A stretch of DNA of 64,000 nt from Octopus vulgaris (taxonomy: Eukaryota), in contig OX597820.1 in assembly GCA_951406725.2 (NCBI GenBank), positions 89,528,001 to 89,592,000 of the forward strand, in the 5' to 3' direction. A model generated the notes under the pieces. It worked only from the letters and a program-made list of their open reading frames with translations. It ran no database searches and had not been told where the DNA came from. Below are positions 1 through 11,268 of the stretch, piece after piece. The first letter of the stretch is position 1. Every line of letters begins with the position of its first letter. The position numbers and the translations under genes were made by a program.

Positions 1-159
1 CCACAACTCCTGCGCAGTAACGTACGACATCTACCACCCATGCGTCGATGGTTCTAATGAGACTGATCTTAGATCTACATAGCTTTTTAGCTCTTCTGAT
101 ATATTAAGAAAAAAAATTCTCCTCTATCTTAGTGTCCATCATCTGGCCTAATTGTGAAG

Positions 160-305
160 CACAGCTAGTACTTACTTTATCGACCCAGAAACAATGAAAT
201 CAAAATCGACTTCGGCTTAATTTGAACTCACAACGTAAGGACGGATGAAATGCCGCTAAACATTTTGCGCTCGTCGTGCTAACAATTCTGCCAACTTGCC
301 ACCCT
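160..305 (-). mobile_element. Degenerate tRNA-derived SINE (family 1)
   Basis: Reverse-complement similarity to the intact copies at 50865-51095 and 61905-62138 (…atcgacccaga…tttgaactcacaacgtaa…gctaacaattctgccaacttgcc). Confidence 0.75.
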
Positions 306-548
306 AATGGTAGAGATAATAATGGTTGTAATAATGTTAAGAACAACAGTGGTGGTATTGGTGGTGGTGGTGATACGCAGTATCATCATAAATTACCGAA
401 AGTGAACAACCAGCGTTAGAGAGGTCACATATATTTTCCATATTCTTCCAAAAATTAATTTTTATTTGTTGCCCGCAAAAAAGCCGTATTGGAAAGTGTT
501 TAAATCCTGAGGAGAAAGTTGTAGTCACAGATGTTAACCTGAGTGTCT

Positions 549-570
549 GCTGCAGCAGCAGCAGCAGCAG

Positions 571-613
<43 letters not shown>
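549..613. repeat. Compound microsatellite (CAG)n(TAC)n
   Basis: Seen directly in the sequence. Confidence 0.95.
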
Positions 614-1271
614 GTATAATGGCAGCAAAGGCAGCAATTGCCAATTTCTTTACTACGGCTACTGAAGGTAGCTCGGAGAAAGATAAAAACAACTACAATA
701 AAACAACTTAATCAATAACACAGGAAGTAGCAATAAGGACAACAATAACTCCAAACTGCCAAAGAACCACATTTCTTTATTGTGGCTGCAGACATAGCCT
801 CGACAGACACAACAACAACATCAGCAACAACTCATAAATTAACAATATCAATGATGATAAAAACACTGTTTGTTACCGTGACTACAGAAGATAGCTGCAA
901 GGACAAAAGCAACAATAATAATGGTAATAATAGTGATAATAATAGTGGTAGTGATTTCACTTAATGCTTTTGTACTCTGTACTTATCCACCGAGAGAGAT
1001 TATAGTTAGCAATGGATTCTCTGAAAATTCCTTCAGCATAATAGAAAAGGCAGTTAAATCCCTTTCAAATCGCACCTAACTGTTATATCCTTATGGATAA
1101 ACGAATACGCTGCAACAGTGTAATAACAATATAATCGAAACAAACAGCAGTAACCACATAACGAAATGACAATCTTTTAAGAACCAATGATCCAACACGC
1201 TAACTCACACTGTCAACTTTGAACTCCAGCTTTGAACTAACAACACACGAACAGTGGAACTTGCACGAACT

Positions 1272-1420
1272 TATTTCTTTATTGCCTACACGGGACAAAA
1301 CATAGAGGGGGCAGTAGAAGTACAGACAAAAACAAAAAAGTGGGGACCAAAAAATCGAATGTAAAGGATGAATTAAATAATGAAAGGAAAAATGAAATGA
1401 ACCCACACGACCCCACATCC
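1272..1420 (-). mobile_element. 3' tail of a Tx1/L1-like retroposon
   Basis: Minus strand ends …cccctctatgttttgtcccgtgtaggcAATAAAGAAATA, the same tail motif as SINE family 1 and the element ending at 3484. Confidence 0.5.
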
Positions 1421-1623
1421 TGGCGATTTCATTTATCTTTGTTATACACGATAATTTACTTATTTTAAAACACTTTTAAACCTTTTTCACCACATAGAAT
1501 GTATTTAAGAAGTTCGTTGTAATGTAACGTTATTGGTATACACCAGTGTCAATTTTCATGAGTTGGAAGTGTGACCCTGAAATCGAGGAAGAATGGCTAG
1601 TAGCAGCCATAATGCACGATATG

Positions 1624-1896
1624 TATTTCTTTATTACCCACAAGGGGATAAACACAGAGGGGACAAACAAGGACAGACATAGGTATTAAGTCGATTACAT
1701 CGACACCAGTGGGTAACTGGTACTTAATTTATCGACCCCGAAAGGATGAAAGGCAAAGTCGACCTCGGCGGAATTTGAACTAAGAACGCAGCGGCGGACG
1801 AAATACTGCAAAGCATTTCGCCCGGCGTGCTAACGATTCTGCCAGCTCACCGCCTTCCAACCAGCTCACCGGCTTTCCTCGCCAGCTCACCGCCTT
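1624..1896 (-). mobile_element. Full-length tRNA-derived SINE (family 1) with triplicated 5' end
   Basis: A-box-like TGGCAGAATCGTT and B-box-like GTTCAAATTCC on the minus strand; core gcctttcatcctttcggggtcgataaattaagtacc. 17-bp TSD ccataatgc(a/c)cgatatg at 1607-1623 and 1897-1913. Confidence 0.9.
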
Positions 1897-2346
1897 CCAT
1901 AATGCCCGATATGACGGATGGGGTAGAGATCCTCAAGATAACGAGGACCCAAAAGGTCAACTGGTGGGGATATGGCCTCGAAGTGACCATGCAGGTATCT
2001 TTGGAAGACTTGCATAGTATAACGGAGGAACTAATACTCCCGGAAGACACTAGACTTCGAATAACAGTAGAAGGAAGACCACCAACGTGCTTCCTATGCG
2101 GTAAAAAAGGGCACATGAAAGCAAGATGTCCCGAGAAGGGAAACGAAGAGAAGAAGAAAAGGGAAGAAAACAATACCGAACAGGTAGTACCAATAACAGA
2201 GACAGATAGAGTGGAGGAACCCTTCACAGTAGTTAACACGAGGAAGAGAAAAGAACGGGTGAATTCTCCCCCAGACAGTAAAAAAAGGCTATAAGAGATT
2301 GTGATGGAAGAAAAGAGAAATAGGTGTGAAGCACCAACAGAAGCAG

Positions 2347-2735
2347 GGTACTTGTATCGCAGAGTGGTCCCGGTTTGCACACACGCGCAGACGCGCGTCC
2401 GCGCTAGCCAGACGTAGGCAGTCGATCCTACGAGCTGACTGGCGTATGGACGATATATACGATATATACTTGTATCGATATATACGTATATACGATATAT
2501 ACTTGTATATATACGATATATACTTGTATCGCGCGCGAATCGGGGACGTGCGATACAAGTATATATCGTATATATACAAGTATATATCGTATACACGTAT
2601 ATATCGATACAAGTATATATCGTATATATCGTGCATGCGCCAGTCAGCTCGTAGGATCGACTGCCTACGTCTGGCTAGCACGGACGCGCGTCTGCGCGTG
2701 TGCGCAAACCGGGACCACTCTGCGATACAAGTACC
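2347..2735. mobile_element. Palindromic foldback/MULE-like non-autonomous DNA transposon (MITE), 389 bp
   Basis: Arms ~2347-2532 and ~2550-2735 are reverse complements with about 5 mismatches. Ends GGTACTTG…CAAGTACC. Perfect 9-bp TSD cagaagcag at 2338-2346 and 2736-2744. Confidence 0.85.
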
Positions 2736-3559
2736 CAGAAGCAGTAGTAAAAGAAGGCACACAGGAAAAAAAAAGCATTACAACAGGGAGAAAAAGGAAG
2801 CGTTTATAAAATTGGTTATGATGTTTCTGCACGCCCCAACAGATCAGGACAGAAGCCGAAGCAAGCAGAAGTGAAAAGGAAGAGATATAAGTGGCATTTG
2901 GTCACTTATTCCAAAAGTAAAGAAATAGAGGAAACGATTGTAAAATATAAATCGGTAATAAGAGTAAAGCTGCCGCCAGAAAAATACCCGGAATACACTA
3001 AAGGAAGGGTCATAGATAAAGAGAGATTTTTGAAATTGAGAGAGATGTATGGACATTACATAGATTCGCTGGGGGTTGAAGTCGAGTTTGACGAGCTCCC
3101 ACCGGTCGTGGAATTAAAAGATTTGAAACCCTTTATGAACATGTAAAAGCAAGTAAGTAAAGTTTGTAATTCATATAATGAAAAAAAAAAAAAACCCTAG
3201 GAAAATAGACTGTTAAAAAGTTTAAAGAAAAAAGAAACGATATAAAAAAAAAACAACAACAAAAGACTAAGAAAAAGAACAAGCTAAAAAGAAAAAAGAC
3301 TGTAAGAACGTTTAATTGTAGAAAAGAAATCACGGTTTCGTCTCGGAGCGGGACAGAGAAAACCGTCTCAAATTCATTGTAATTTAATTCATTGTAATTC
3401 ATTCTTTCATATGTTTTTTTTTGTTCACGCATGTTTGTGTATGTCTCCTCTGTATTCAGGCCTTGTGCCTATAATAAAGAAATAACCGGTGTCGATTTTC
3501 ATTTGCCAGTGAAAAACATTGTTCCCGTATTCTTCCAGTCCTGATGTGTATCTGGAGTC

Positions 3560-4870
3560 CACTATCACACAATCTAAGTGCGAGGGTACCTCCCCACAGT
3601 GATTACCTTATCCGCTCGTCCCTACTGTCTAACTCCTTAGATAGTTTAGTATGTTTTGCATTGCAAATCACTATACTTTTTTTTCACAGGTAGGGTGTTG
3701 GAAAATTTGGAGCTCTTGTGTGCTTGTGGTTAATTTGTCAGTGTCAGGTGGGGTAGGGTGAGGGTTAGTATCTGCAGGAGAAGGATGGGGCAGTGTGGGT
3801 CTGGGTGTGGGATTATCATTCACAGTTTGTGCCTTTTTTCTCCTCTTTCTGCTCTTCTTTCCTACAGTTTCCCATCAGTCTTTGGTTTTAATTTCTCCTT
3901 CCTCTGTACTGATCTCTCTTCCGCTGGTTCTCGACGGCGGTGGAGGTGTAGTTTCTTTTACGATCACGGGTGCCTCTTGTGATATTAAGAGCGGTGGAGG
4001 ACATCCTGCTCTAATGTGGCCTTTTTAACAACATTTGTAATAACGAGGGATCCTTCCCCCCACTCTAATCCCGAATATTATTTCCTCTACTGTTATGGTC
4101 TCCACCATATTTTCTAGGTCCTTCAGGGCAGTCTGGATTACCGTATCTAGACTCAGCCTTGCCAATGTTTATGTGCAGTGATGGTGGCTTGGAGGACAAC
4201 TACCTTTTCTTCCATGCCCAGCAGTATAGCAGCTACATCTGTTTCCGGGAGTATATCTTCGACCCTCACCTTAGAAGCACACCTTCTAAGGTATATGGAC
4301 GGAAGTATCACCTCCTCAGTTTTTAAGGGGGTTGCCGAGTGTAGCTTGGCAGCAGCTTCGTCTCGGAACCACACCGCCACCGTTCCAAACTTTCTTCCTC
4401 CGGCAAGGTAAGACATTTCCTGCAAGATGGGTTTTAACACCTTTTCAATTTGAATTGTAGCCATTAATTCGAATTTCTTGGTTTTGACAGAGTAAGTTCT
4501 ATAGACTATCATTTTTTTCATTGGTTTTCTGTAATACTTCTTGAGGAGGGGACACCTTTACATCGTGCCCCTCCCTACAACACATATTCTTGTATTTACC
4601 AAGTTCCTTTACATCAATTTTTTTGTTGTGGCTTTTGGCCACGGCTGCAAAATTCATTCTTTTTTTCTTTTTTACCTATCACAGAAATTTTTTCAGCAAT
4701 TCTTCATTGGAAGAACTCAGTTTGTTGTACTCCATTTTTTAACACTGTGCTACTCCTTTCAAACGAGGCGGAATACGTGAACAAACTGCAGTAAAACAAA
4801 GTGTTGTTCAACACAAAACAAGTAGAATAGATAGCAATTCAACAATACAACAATATATTTAACAGAGTGA
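3560..4870 (-). mobile_element. Second, divergent Tx1/L1-type ORF1 element (degenerate)
   Basis: ORF 4153-4521 plus its continuation (…DILPETDVAAILLGMEEKVVVLQAT…WQG…GGRIPRYYKCC*KGHIRAGCP) aligns by eye with the ORF1 at 1560-2294, including the decayed CCHC knuckle. Boundaries approximate. Confidence 0.65.
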
Positions 4871-5121
4871 CTGACTACAAATATGTGTTTTTAACACAAA
4901 GTGGAACTAGGGCGAACTGCTTCACTTACTCAGACCGCTACTCTTTATATGCTGTTATCCAGTCCATTCTCCCCAGGGTGTGTTGTACTCTTGCACAACA
5001 TCTCCTCTGTCGAAATTCCGTGTTCCAAAGGAATAAATTATGTATATACATATATATATATCAAAATCGTGAACAGAATGAGAAACGAGAACATAAATTT
5101 GAAATCATAATTATTTATTAG

Positions 5122-5165
5122 TTCTTCTTCTTCTTCTTCTTCTTCTTCTTCTTCTTCTTCTTCTT

Positions 5166-5195
<30 letters not shown>
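5122..5195. repeat. (TTC)n microsatellite
   Basis: Seen directly in the sequence. Confidence 0.95.
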
Positions 5196-5196
<1 letters not shown>

Positions 5197-5345
5197 TTTC
5201 GTCTGCGCTACGTTCTGAGTTCAAATTCCGTCGAGGTCAACTTTGCCTTTCATCCTTTTGGGATTGATAAAATGAGTATCTCAATTCAACACTGAGATCG
5301 ATGTAATCGACTCATCCCCTCCCCTAAGATAGTTACCCCTATGGG
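5196..5345 (+). mobile_element. 5'-truncated SINE family 1
   Basis: Contains ttctgagttcaaattccgtcgaggtcaactttgcctttcatcc…. Confidence 0.8.
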
Positions 5346-5361
5346 GAAATTATCATTATTA

Positions 5362-8300
5362 TTATTGTCTTTGTACAGCTTGTAATGCTGGAGATGTGCT
5401 ACGTTGTCAGCTGTTCACTACCAGTGTACTAAAGTAACACCCCTTATTTTTCGAGCACCATCCGAAGTATTGGAGCAGTTCAAAGCAGTGCTATTTTCTG
5501 CAAGTGCTCCACCCTTATTGCAGCCCCTATGAGATCCTTGCTCCCAGGGCTCCGACAATTATTGGTACTACTACCACCTTTTTCATTGACCACAACTGCT
5601 TTACCTCCCAAGATAACCTGTCATATCTCTGGATTATTCTTTCTTCCTTATCGCATACCTTGTTGTCAGCTGGGCATGCTATGTCTATGATCCAGCATAG
5701 CTTGTTTTCTTTCTCAATTAAACTATATCTGGCTTCCTATTCTCTATCTCATGGTCGCACTGAATCATAAAATCCCATAGGATCTTTGCATTTTGGTTGT
5801 ACCAATTTTTTTGCTCAGTCAAATCCATACTTGTTGCAAAGTGTCCAATGGACAATCTTTCCGATATTGTGGTGGCGTCTCTTATATTCCTTCTGGGCTA
5901 GTGGCGTACGTTGGCTGGTAATATGCCACACGGTTTCACTGTTTTGTCCACAGATTATGCACTTACCACTTTCTGATGTGTTGTCTTCTCTGTATTTTAT
6001 GTAGTTGGTTCTTAGTGCTTGCTCTTGGGCAGCACAAATTAGAGCCTCCGTTTCTGGTTTAAACCACATTTAGTAATCCACAGCCATCTTTTTTCTTTGT
6101 CTGTCTTATCTTCAACATCCCTGTGAAATTGTCCATGCATTCTTTTCTTTACCCATCTATTTTCAGTTTCATTTGTTTTCAATTTCTTGTATAGTGTTTT
6201 AGCTTTGCAATCTTTCATCCCACACAAGCCTGACCTTCTTACTTCTAATAATAGCAGTTCTGTGGCATTTTTTACATACCATACTATGTTGTTTTCTTTG
6301 GCTTTAATGATGTGTTCGCATTCAATGAATCCCCTTCTCCATCTTTTTCTTGGTATATACAGTTTGTCTGTGTCACATTTTGGGTGGAGTAACCCATATC
6401 TAGTTAGCAACTTCCTTGTCTTTCTGTTTAAGTTATTTAGTTCGTCTACTGACTATGCTATTACCCCTGCTCCATATCTAAGGAGTGGAACCACCCAAGT
6501 GTTGATAGCTTCGATCTTATTCCGTCCGTTTAATTTCGACTTAAGTATCAGTCTCAGTCTGTGCAAGTACTCCACCTTAAATTTTTCTGTCATTTCTTTC
6601 TCCATCAATATATCCATTTCTAAAATCCCGAAGTACTTATAGTGCATCTCTTCTATCTGCTTCATAACCTCCCTCGACGGTATTGTTAGCCGGTCTATAC
6701 ATCTGATTTTGCCTCTCTTCAAGACTAATACACCACACTTTCTCAGTCCGAACTCTATTCTGATATGAACAATAAAGGTATACACCGTATCAACGAGGGA
6801 ACTAACTTGGACTTAATATTTACCATAAAGTTTGAGGTCATCCATGAATAACAAATAGTTGACTTTTTGTTGGCGGCTTTTGAATACATACACAGCTTTT
6901 GCTTTCCTTAGAATCAGTGTTATTGGTACCAATCACAGTACAAAGATCAGTCCCCTTGGAAGATGCACCTCTTGATTTCTACTGTCCCTAAACGTTTTCC
7001 GTATGCTGTCAGGTCCGTCCACCACTTCGCCATAGTTTTTCCAAGCAATCGCTCAATATTCGATGCAATACCAAATAGGTTCAAACATTCCATTATCCCC
7101 GTTATCCAAGAGTATGGGATCATATCGTACGCATTACGATAGTCGATCCATGACATAGTTAAGTTAGTCTTACTTCTCTTGCAGTCTCTAAGTACAGTTT
7201 TGTTCATGAGGAGTTGATCCATGATACCTCTGCACTTACGCTTGCAACCTTTCTCTTAATGTGGCAGGACTCCATATTTTCCAGATGTTCGTACATTGAC
7301 TCTGAGAGTATTCCCGTCAATAATTTCCACATAAGTCGCAAACAGGATATCTGCCTGTAATTGTCTAGCGTATAGCCTTTTTCGATGTTTTTCAGACACA
7401 ACACTGTCCTACCTAATGTCAACCACTCTGGTGTTATTTAGTCGGCATTTAAGAAGGTGTTGAGTTGTGCAGCTATTCGTGCATGACATTCACCAATCTT
7501 TTGATCCAGTAGCCTTGAATTCCATCTGGTCCCAGGGCCTTCCGGTTGCTCATTTTTTTTGCTGATTTCCTTCAGTTCTCTAACTGAAATGACTAGTTCT
7601 GCCTGCTTTGGGCAGACTACTGTTTGTTTCATTTCTTGCAGCCATTCAGCATCCTTCTTGTGCTTCTTGTCTTTGCTCTAGATGTCACTCCAAAACATTT
7701 GACTTTCATTGTTATCTGGTATCAACTTTTCATCTGAACACTCTCCCTTTATTTCGTTATAGAATATCTTCTGATCTACTCCGAATAACCTGTTCTGATG
7801 GTAACCCTTCATTCTTTGGTGGTATCTTACTTACTTTGCTTTCTTTACAATGAGGCGTTGTTTCAGTTCCTCCATTACTACTTTCAGGCCCTTTCTTTCA
7901 ATATTACACTTCCTTTTTAGCGCCCTATATTTTTGTACGCTTTTAATCTCCCCTTTCTCTTTTCGGTCTAACACAGAGGTTTCCTTCAAGAGCATGTCTA
8001 ACCCAGTCTGGATTCTTCTTTTGCACCATGAATGTTTTCTTTTGTCGCTCCCATTATGTTCCTTTTCCTTAACATAAACACTCGCGTTTTCTGCTACAAT
8101 ACTTGCTGCCTTGATCAAATTATTGTTTGTTCTGATGTATTTCAGAATTTCATTGACAGTTTTGGTTTCTTGGTTCAATTTCCATCAATCAACGTTTTTT
8201 GAGTTTGCAAATAATGTCGCTGTTGTTCTCCTGTAGTCTTGCCTTTATTCTGTTGTAGATCGTTTTTAGTTCATCTGTCACGTCACCATTAGTTTTATTG

Positions 8301-8575
8301 TCTTCTTTTAGATGACCAATATGTCTCTCAACAAGTAAAGTATCACTGCTCGTTTCCTGTGCTATGAGATTATTCTTATTAGTAAGAACTGTATTTTCAT
8401 TGTTATCTCTGCTGCTATTCTCCACGACCCGTCTTTTGATAGCTTCGAGCTCTACTTCTGTGAACCAACAATTTTTTCTTATTGCTCTAGCATGATCACA
8501 TGATCTCTGTTTCATGAGCTGCAACAATCCCTTTTCTCTCCAATGATCATACCTGCGTATTTGCAGCTTCAGCAT
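5362..8575 (-). mobile_element. Near full-length degenerate R4/Dong-like non-LTR retrotransposon (RT, CCHC, restriction-like endonuclease)
   Basis: Frameshifted ORF pieces contain DQLLMNK…WIDYRNAYDMIP, IFQGD, LLFMDDLKLY (~6826-6855), YKYFG, KLNGRNKIEAINTW, LHPKCDTDKLY, ETEALICAAQEQALRT and CIIC…H. PD…D-type RLE at ~5600-5760. Ends in (TAA)n. Confidence 0.9.
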
Positions 8576-9049
8576 ATTATCATCATTTTTATGTTTACCA
8601 TTATCACCATCACACCACTACCATTGTTATTATCATTATTACTATTTCAATTTATTATTAAAAGATTTTACTAAATGTTCTTTATTTTCAACTTTTGTCT
8701 TGTACATGAGATAATCATAAATAAGTGGTTGTTGAAGGAAATAGGCGGGTAATAGTTTGGTGAATAGATCATATTCGACAGGTATATAAATAAATTGGGC
8801 AGAAGGTGGGGAGGTCAGCTATAGAGACAAAAGAATCTTCGCGCCCTTTGGGTCAGCGGAGATCAAATGCGTTTACTACTACCAGTGGCCACTGAGAGCG
8901 CTGTTTTGAAAAGAAGCTATTTGAACCTGTTCTATTTGTAATTACTGGTAGAAAAAACAATAATAATAATACACACGCACAGACACACAGACACAGACAC
9001 ACACCCACGCACACGCACACATATTTATCTACTGATATTGACGTCATTG

Positions 9050-10200
9050 AATTTTTGAATTTTTAAATTCAATTGTGTTGTTGCAATAAAAGGTATGTTT
9101 ACGTATTTAGGTAATATATTCAAGTTTTTAAGTTTTCTTGAGATGTTCGTTTGTCTGTCTAGTTGGAAAATACAGTAGGAGTTTTGCAATGAAAAGGATG
9201 TTTACATTTTCGAATACTCAGGGAGAGTGAAAAAGAAAAGAAAGCTAGTTGTAGATAGTAAAGTTTTAAGATTTACTAAATATGGTCTTTTGTATGACCG
9301 CAAAGAGAGAAATGGTTGTGTTCTTGTGTTCTTTCGAATACTCAGGGAGAAAGGAAAGGATAGGTATTCACACAGTAGTTTTAGATATTAAAGTTTTTTT
9401 TAAAGCTGATTGTTTGTGTGTTCGATAAAACTTATTTTATCTTGATGGAGATTTAAAATATTCACAGGAAATTGTAGATATTCTAGTCTTTGGGAATAGT
9501 AGGAGGAAGAGATATTCACCTTGCTGGATTTTTTTTTTGAATTTCTGAATTTATTTTTCTTTTACCTCTCTTTTTAAAAGTTTTGCTGTGGTTTACAATT
9601 TTTTGTAGTTGTGCAGTATGTATATATTGGCAGGTGCTTACTTCCTTAATTTTTTTATCGTGCATTTGTGTTGTTACAATTTTTTATCATGCATTTGTGT
9701 TGTTACATATTCTATAAAGGCATGTTTACATATTCTGTTAGTCAGGGAAGAAGGAAAGTCAAAATGTTCACACAAAATTGGAGATATTAAAATTTCTAAA
9801 TATTTTGAGGTGTTCGTTTGTATGTCCGTTCAGAGAAAACTGTGGTGTTTTTTTTTTACAATAAAAAGAATGTTTACATTCTCGAATATTCAGGGAAAAA
9901 GGAACGAAAAGAAAAGGAAGGTAAACTTTTTTTACGGAAAATTGTAGATTAAAATTTACTGGAGATGATGTTTTGTCTTTCCGAACAGTGAAAACTGTAG
10001 TGTTCTTGGAATAAAGAGAATGTTTACATTTTCGAATACTCAGGGGGAAAGGAAATGATAGGTATTTACAGGTGTAGATATTAAATGTTTTAAAGTTGAT
10101 CGTTTAAGTGTTCGAAAACTGTAGATATGTTAGTTCAATGAACTTATTTTGAGGGAAATTCAAAATACTCACAGGAAACTGTAGATTTTCCAGTCTTTTA
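9050..10200. repeat. Degenerate tandem array of ~130-150-bp subunits, arranged as two larger blocks
   Basis: Recurring motif atgtttacattttcgaatactcaggga and variants near 9085, 9190, 9333, 9455, 9712, 9860, 10010 and 10160. Confidence 0.6.
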
Positions 10201-10318
10201 GAGTTATTTTCCAGTTATCCTGCTGGGTTGTATTAGTGTTTCTGTGTCTTCAGCTGCTGATAAGTCAGCAGCGAAGAACAAGTCCACCCGCTGTCACATC
10301 CAGCCGCTCTTATTATTA

Positions 10319-10682
10319 TCTCTCTCTATATAAAGGGCAAAATGTCTGTGTGCGTGTCCTTTATACAAATCCACAATTTTTCAGTTAGAGGGCTCGCACT
10401 TTCTATGGTCATTCAAAACCGTCCAAAGGTAGCCGTGCACAACTTTACATTCCCCCAGTCACCCCGCAAAGCTATTAAAAAAATCAATACAAGTGACGTT
10501 TTTGTGAATTGTGAATTTTCTAACCAAAACCCAATCAAAATGCATGAAACTTGATACGCCAATTGAATGCTAGCTAGCTGTATGTGATTGGTCGGAGATT
10601 TGGACAGTGTATGTGCGCACGCACGAAGCTGTATATGCATGCACTAGCACTATGACCCGGCAACGCTGGGTCATAGTGCTAC
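10319..10682 (+). mobile_element. Non-autonomous Helitron-like element
   Basis: 5' TC(TCTCTCTATATAAA) after an A; subterminal hairpin tagcactatgaccc-ggcaacgct-gggtcatagtgcta (10645-10681); end CTAC (degenerate CTAG) before a T; no TSD. Confidence 0.7.
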
Positions 10683-11158
10683 TTATTATTATTATTAGTT
10701 GTAGTAGTAGTTGTAGTAGAATTATTGGTAGTAGAATAAATTGTAATAGTTTCATTTGAAGCAGAGTGTAAGTGATGATGCTGACCAGTCAAGAAAAATA
10801 TTTTGAAAGGTGTGTGAAAACAGTAAAACTTGTATGTGCAAAAGATTCAGCTATTTAATGTTACCTAAAGATTGCTGTCGTGGGAGATCATTTGCCCAGA
10901 GTGCAACGTGATTAGAAATCTCAGGGTGCCATAACTCTCTGTAGGTGGTGTTTTCAATTTCTTTGTGGATGTTTCTATTTCTTTCATATTCTTATACAGT
11001 TTTAATCTTCCCTTTTTTTCTGTTGTTGTTTCAATGTTGTAAATCGTTACTGTCACCCTTCCGTTTATTTAGTATATACACCACATATTTCTTCGTAACC
11101 ATTTTGCAAAAACTTGTTTGTATGTATACGTGAAGCCTCAGTAGCCAATAAAGACTAT

Positions 11159-11171
11159 ATCATCATCATCA

Positions 11172-11236
<65 letters not shown>

Positions 11237-11268
11237 GTTATTATTATTGTTATTATTATTGTTATTAT
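11159..11268. repeat. (ATC)n(ATT)n microsatellite
   Basis: Seen directly in the sequence. Confidence 0.95.

Larger units (their letters stand above)
1560..3484 (+). mobile_element. 5'-truncated ORF1-only (HAL1-like) non-LTR retroposon with a Tx1/L1-type gag-like ORF1 and CCHC zinc knuckle; disrupted
   Basis: The reading frame rejoins across the SINE (…PEIEEEWLVAAIMHDM|TDGVEILK…RITVEGRPPTCFLCGKKGHMKARCP). The C-terminal segment is 2871-3146, followed by an A-rich 3' UTR ending AATAAAGAAATA. Flanked by an 18-bp TSD, accagtgtcaattttcat (1542-1559) / accggtgtcgattttcat (3485-3502). No ORF2. Confidence 0.75.

Noticed and set aside
2451-2632. Short repeats suggesting a CRISPR-like array
   Set aside because: No unique spacers and no cas genes, in a eukaryotic context; these are TIR subrepeats.
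2289-2874. Near-identical ORFs on both strands (157 aa and 182 aa)
   Set aside because: A direct result of the palindrome plus low-complexity, stop-poor sequence; they cross the TSD boundaries and show no domain.
10225-10290. Hammerhead-like CTGAAGA…GAAA on the minus strand
   Set aside because: Only 4 nt between the core boxes (no stem II), and no stem I/III partners.
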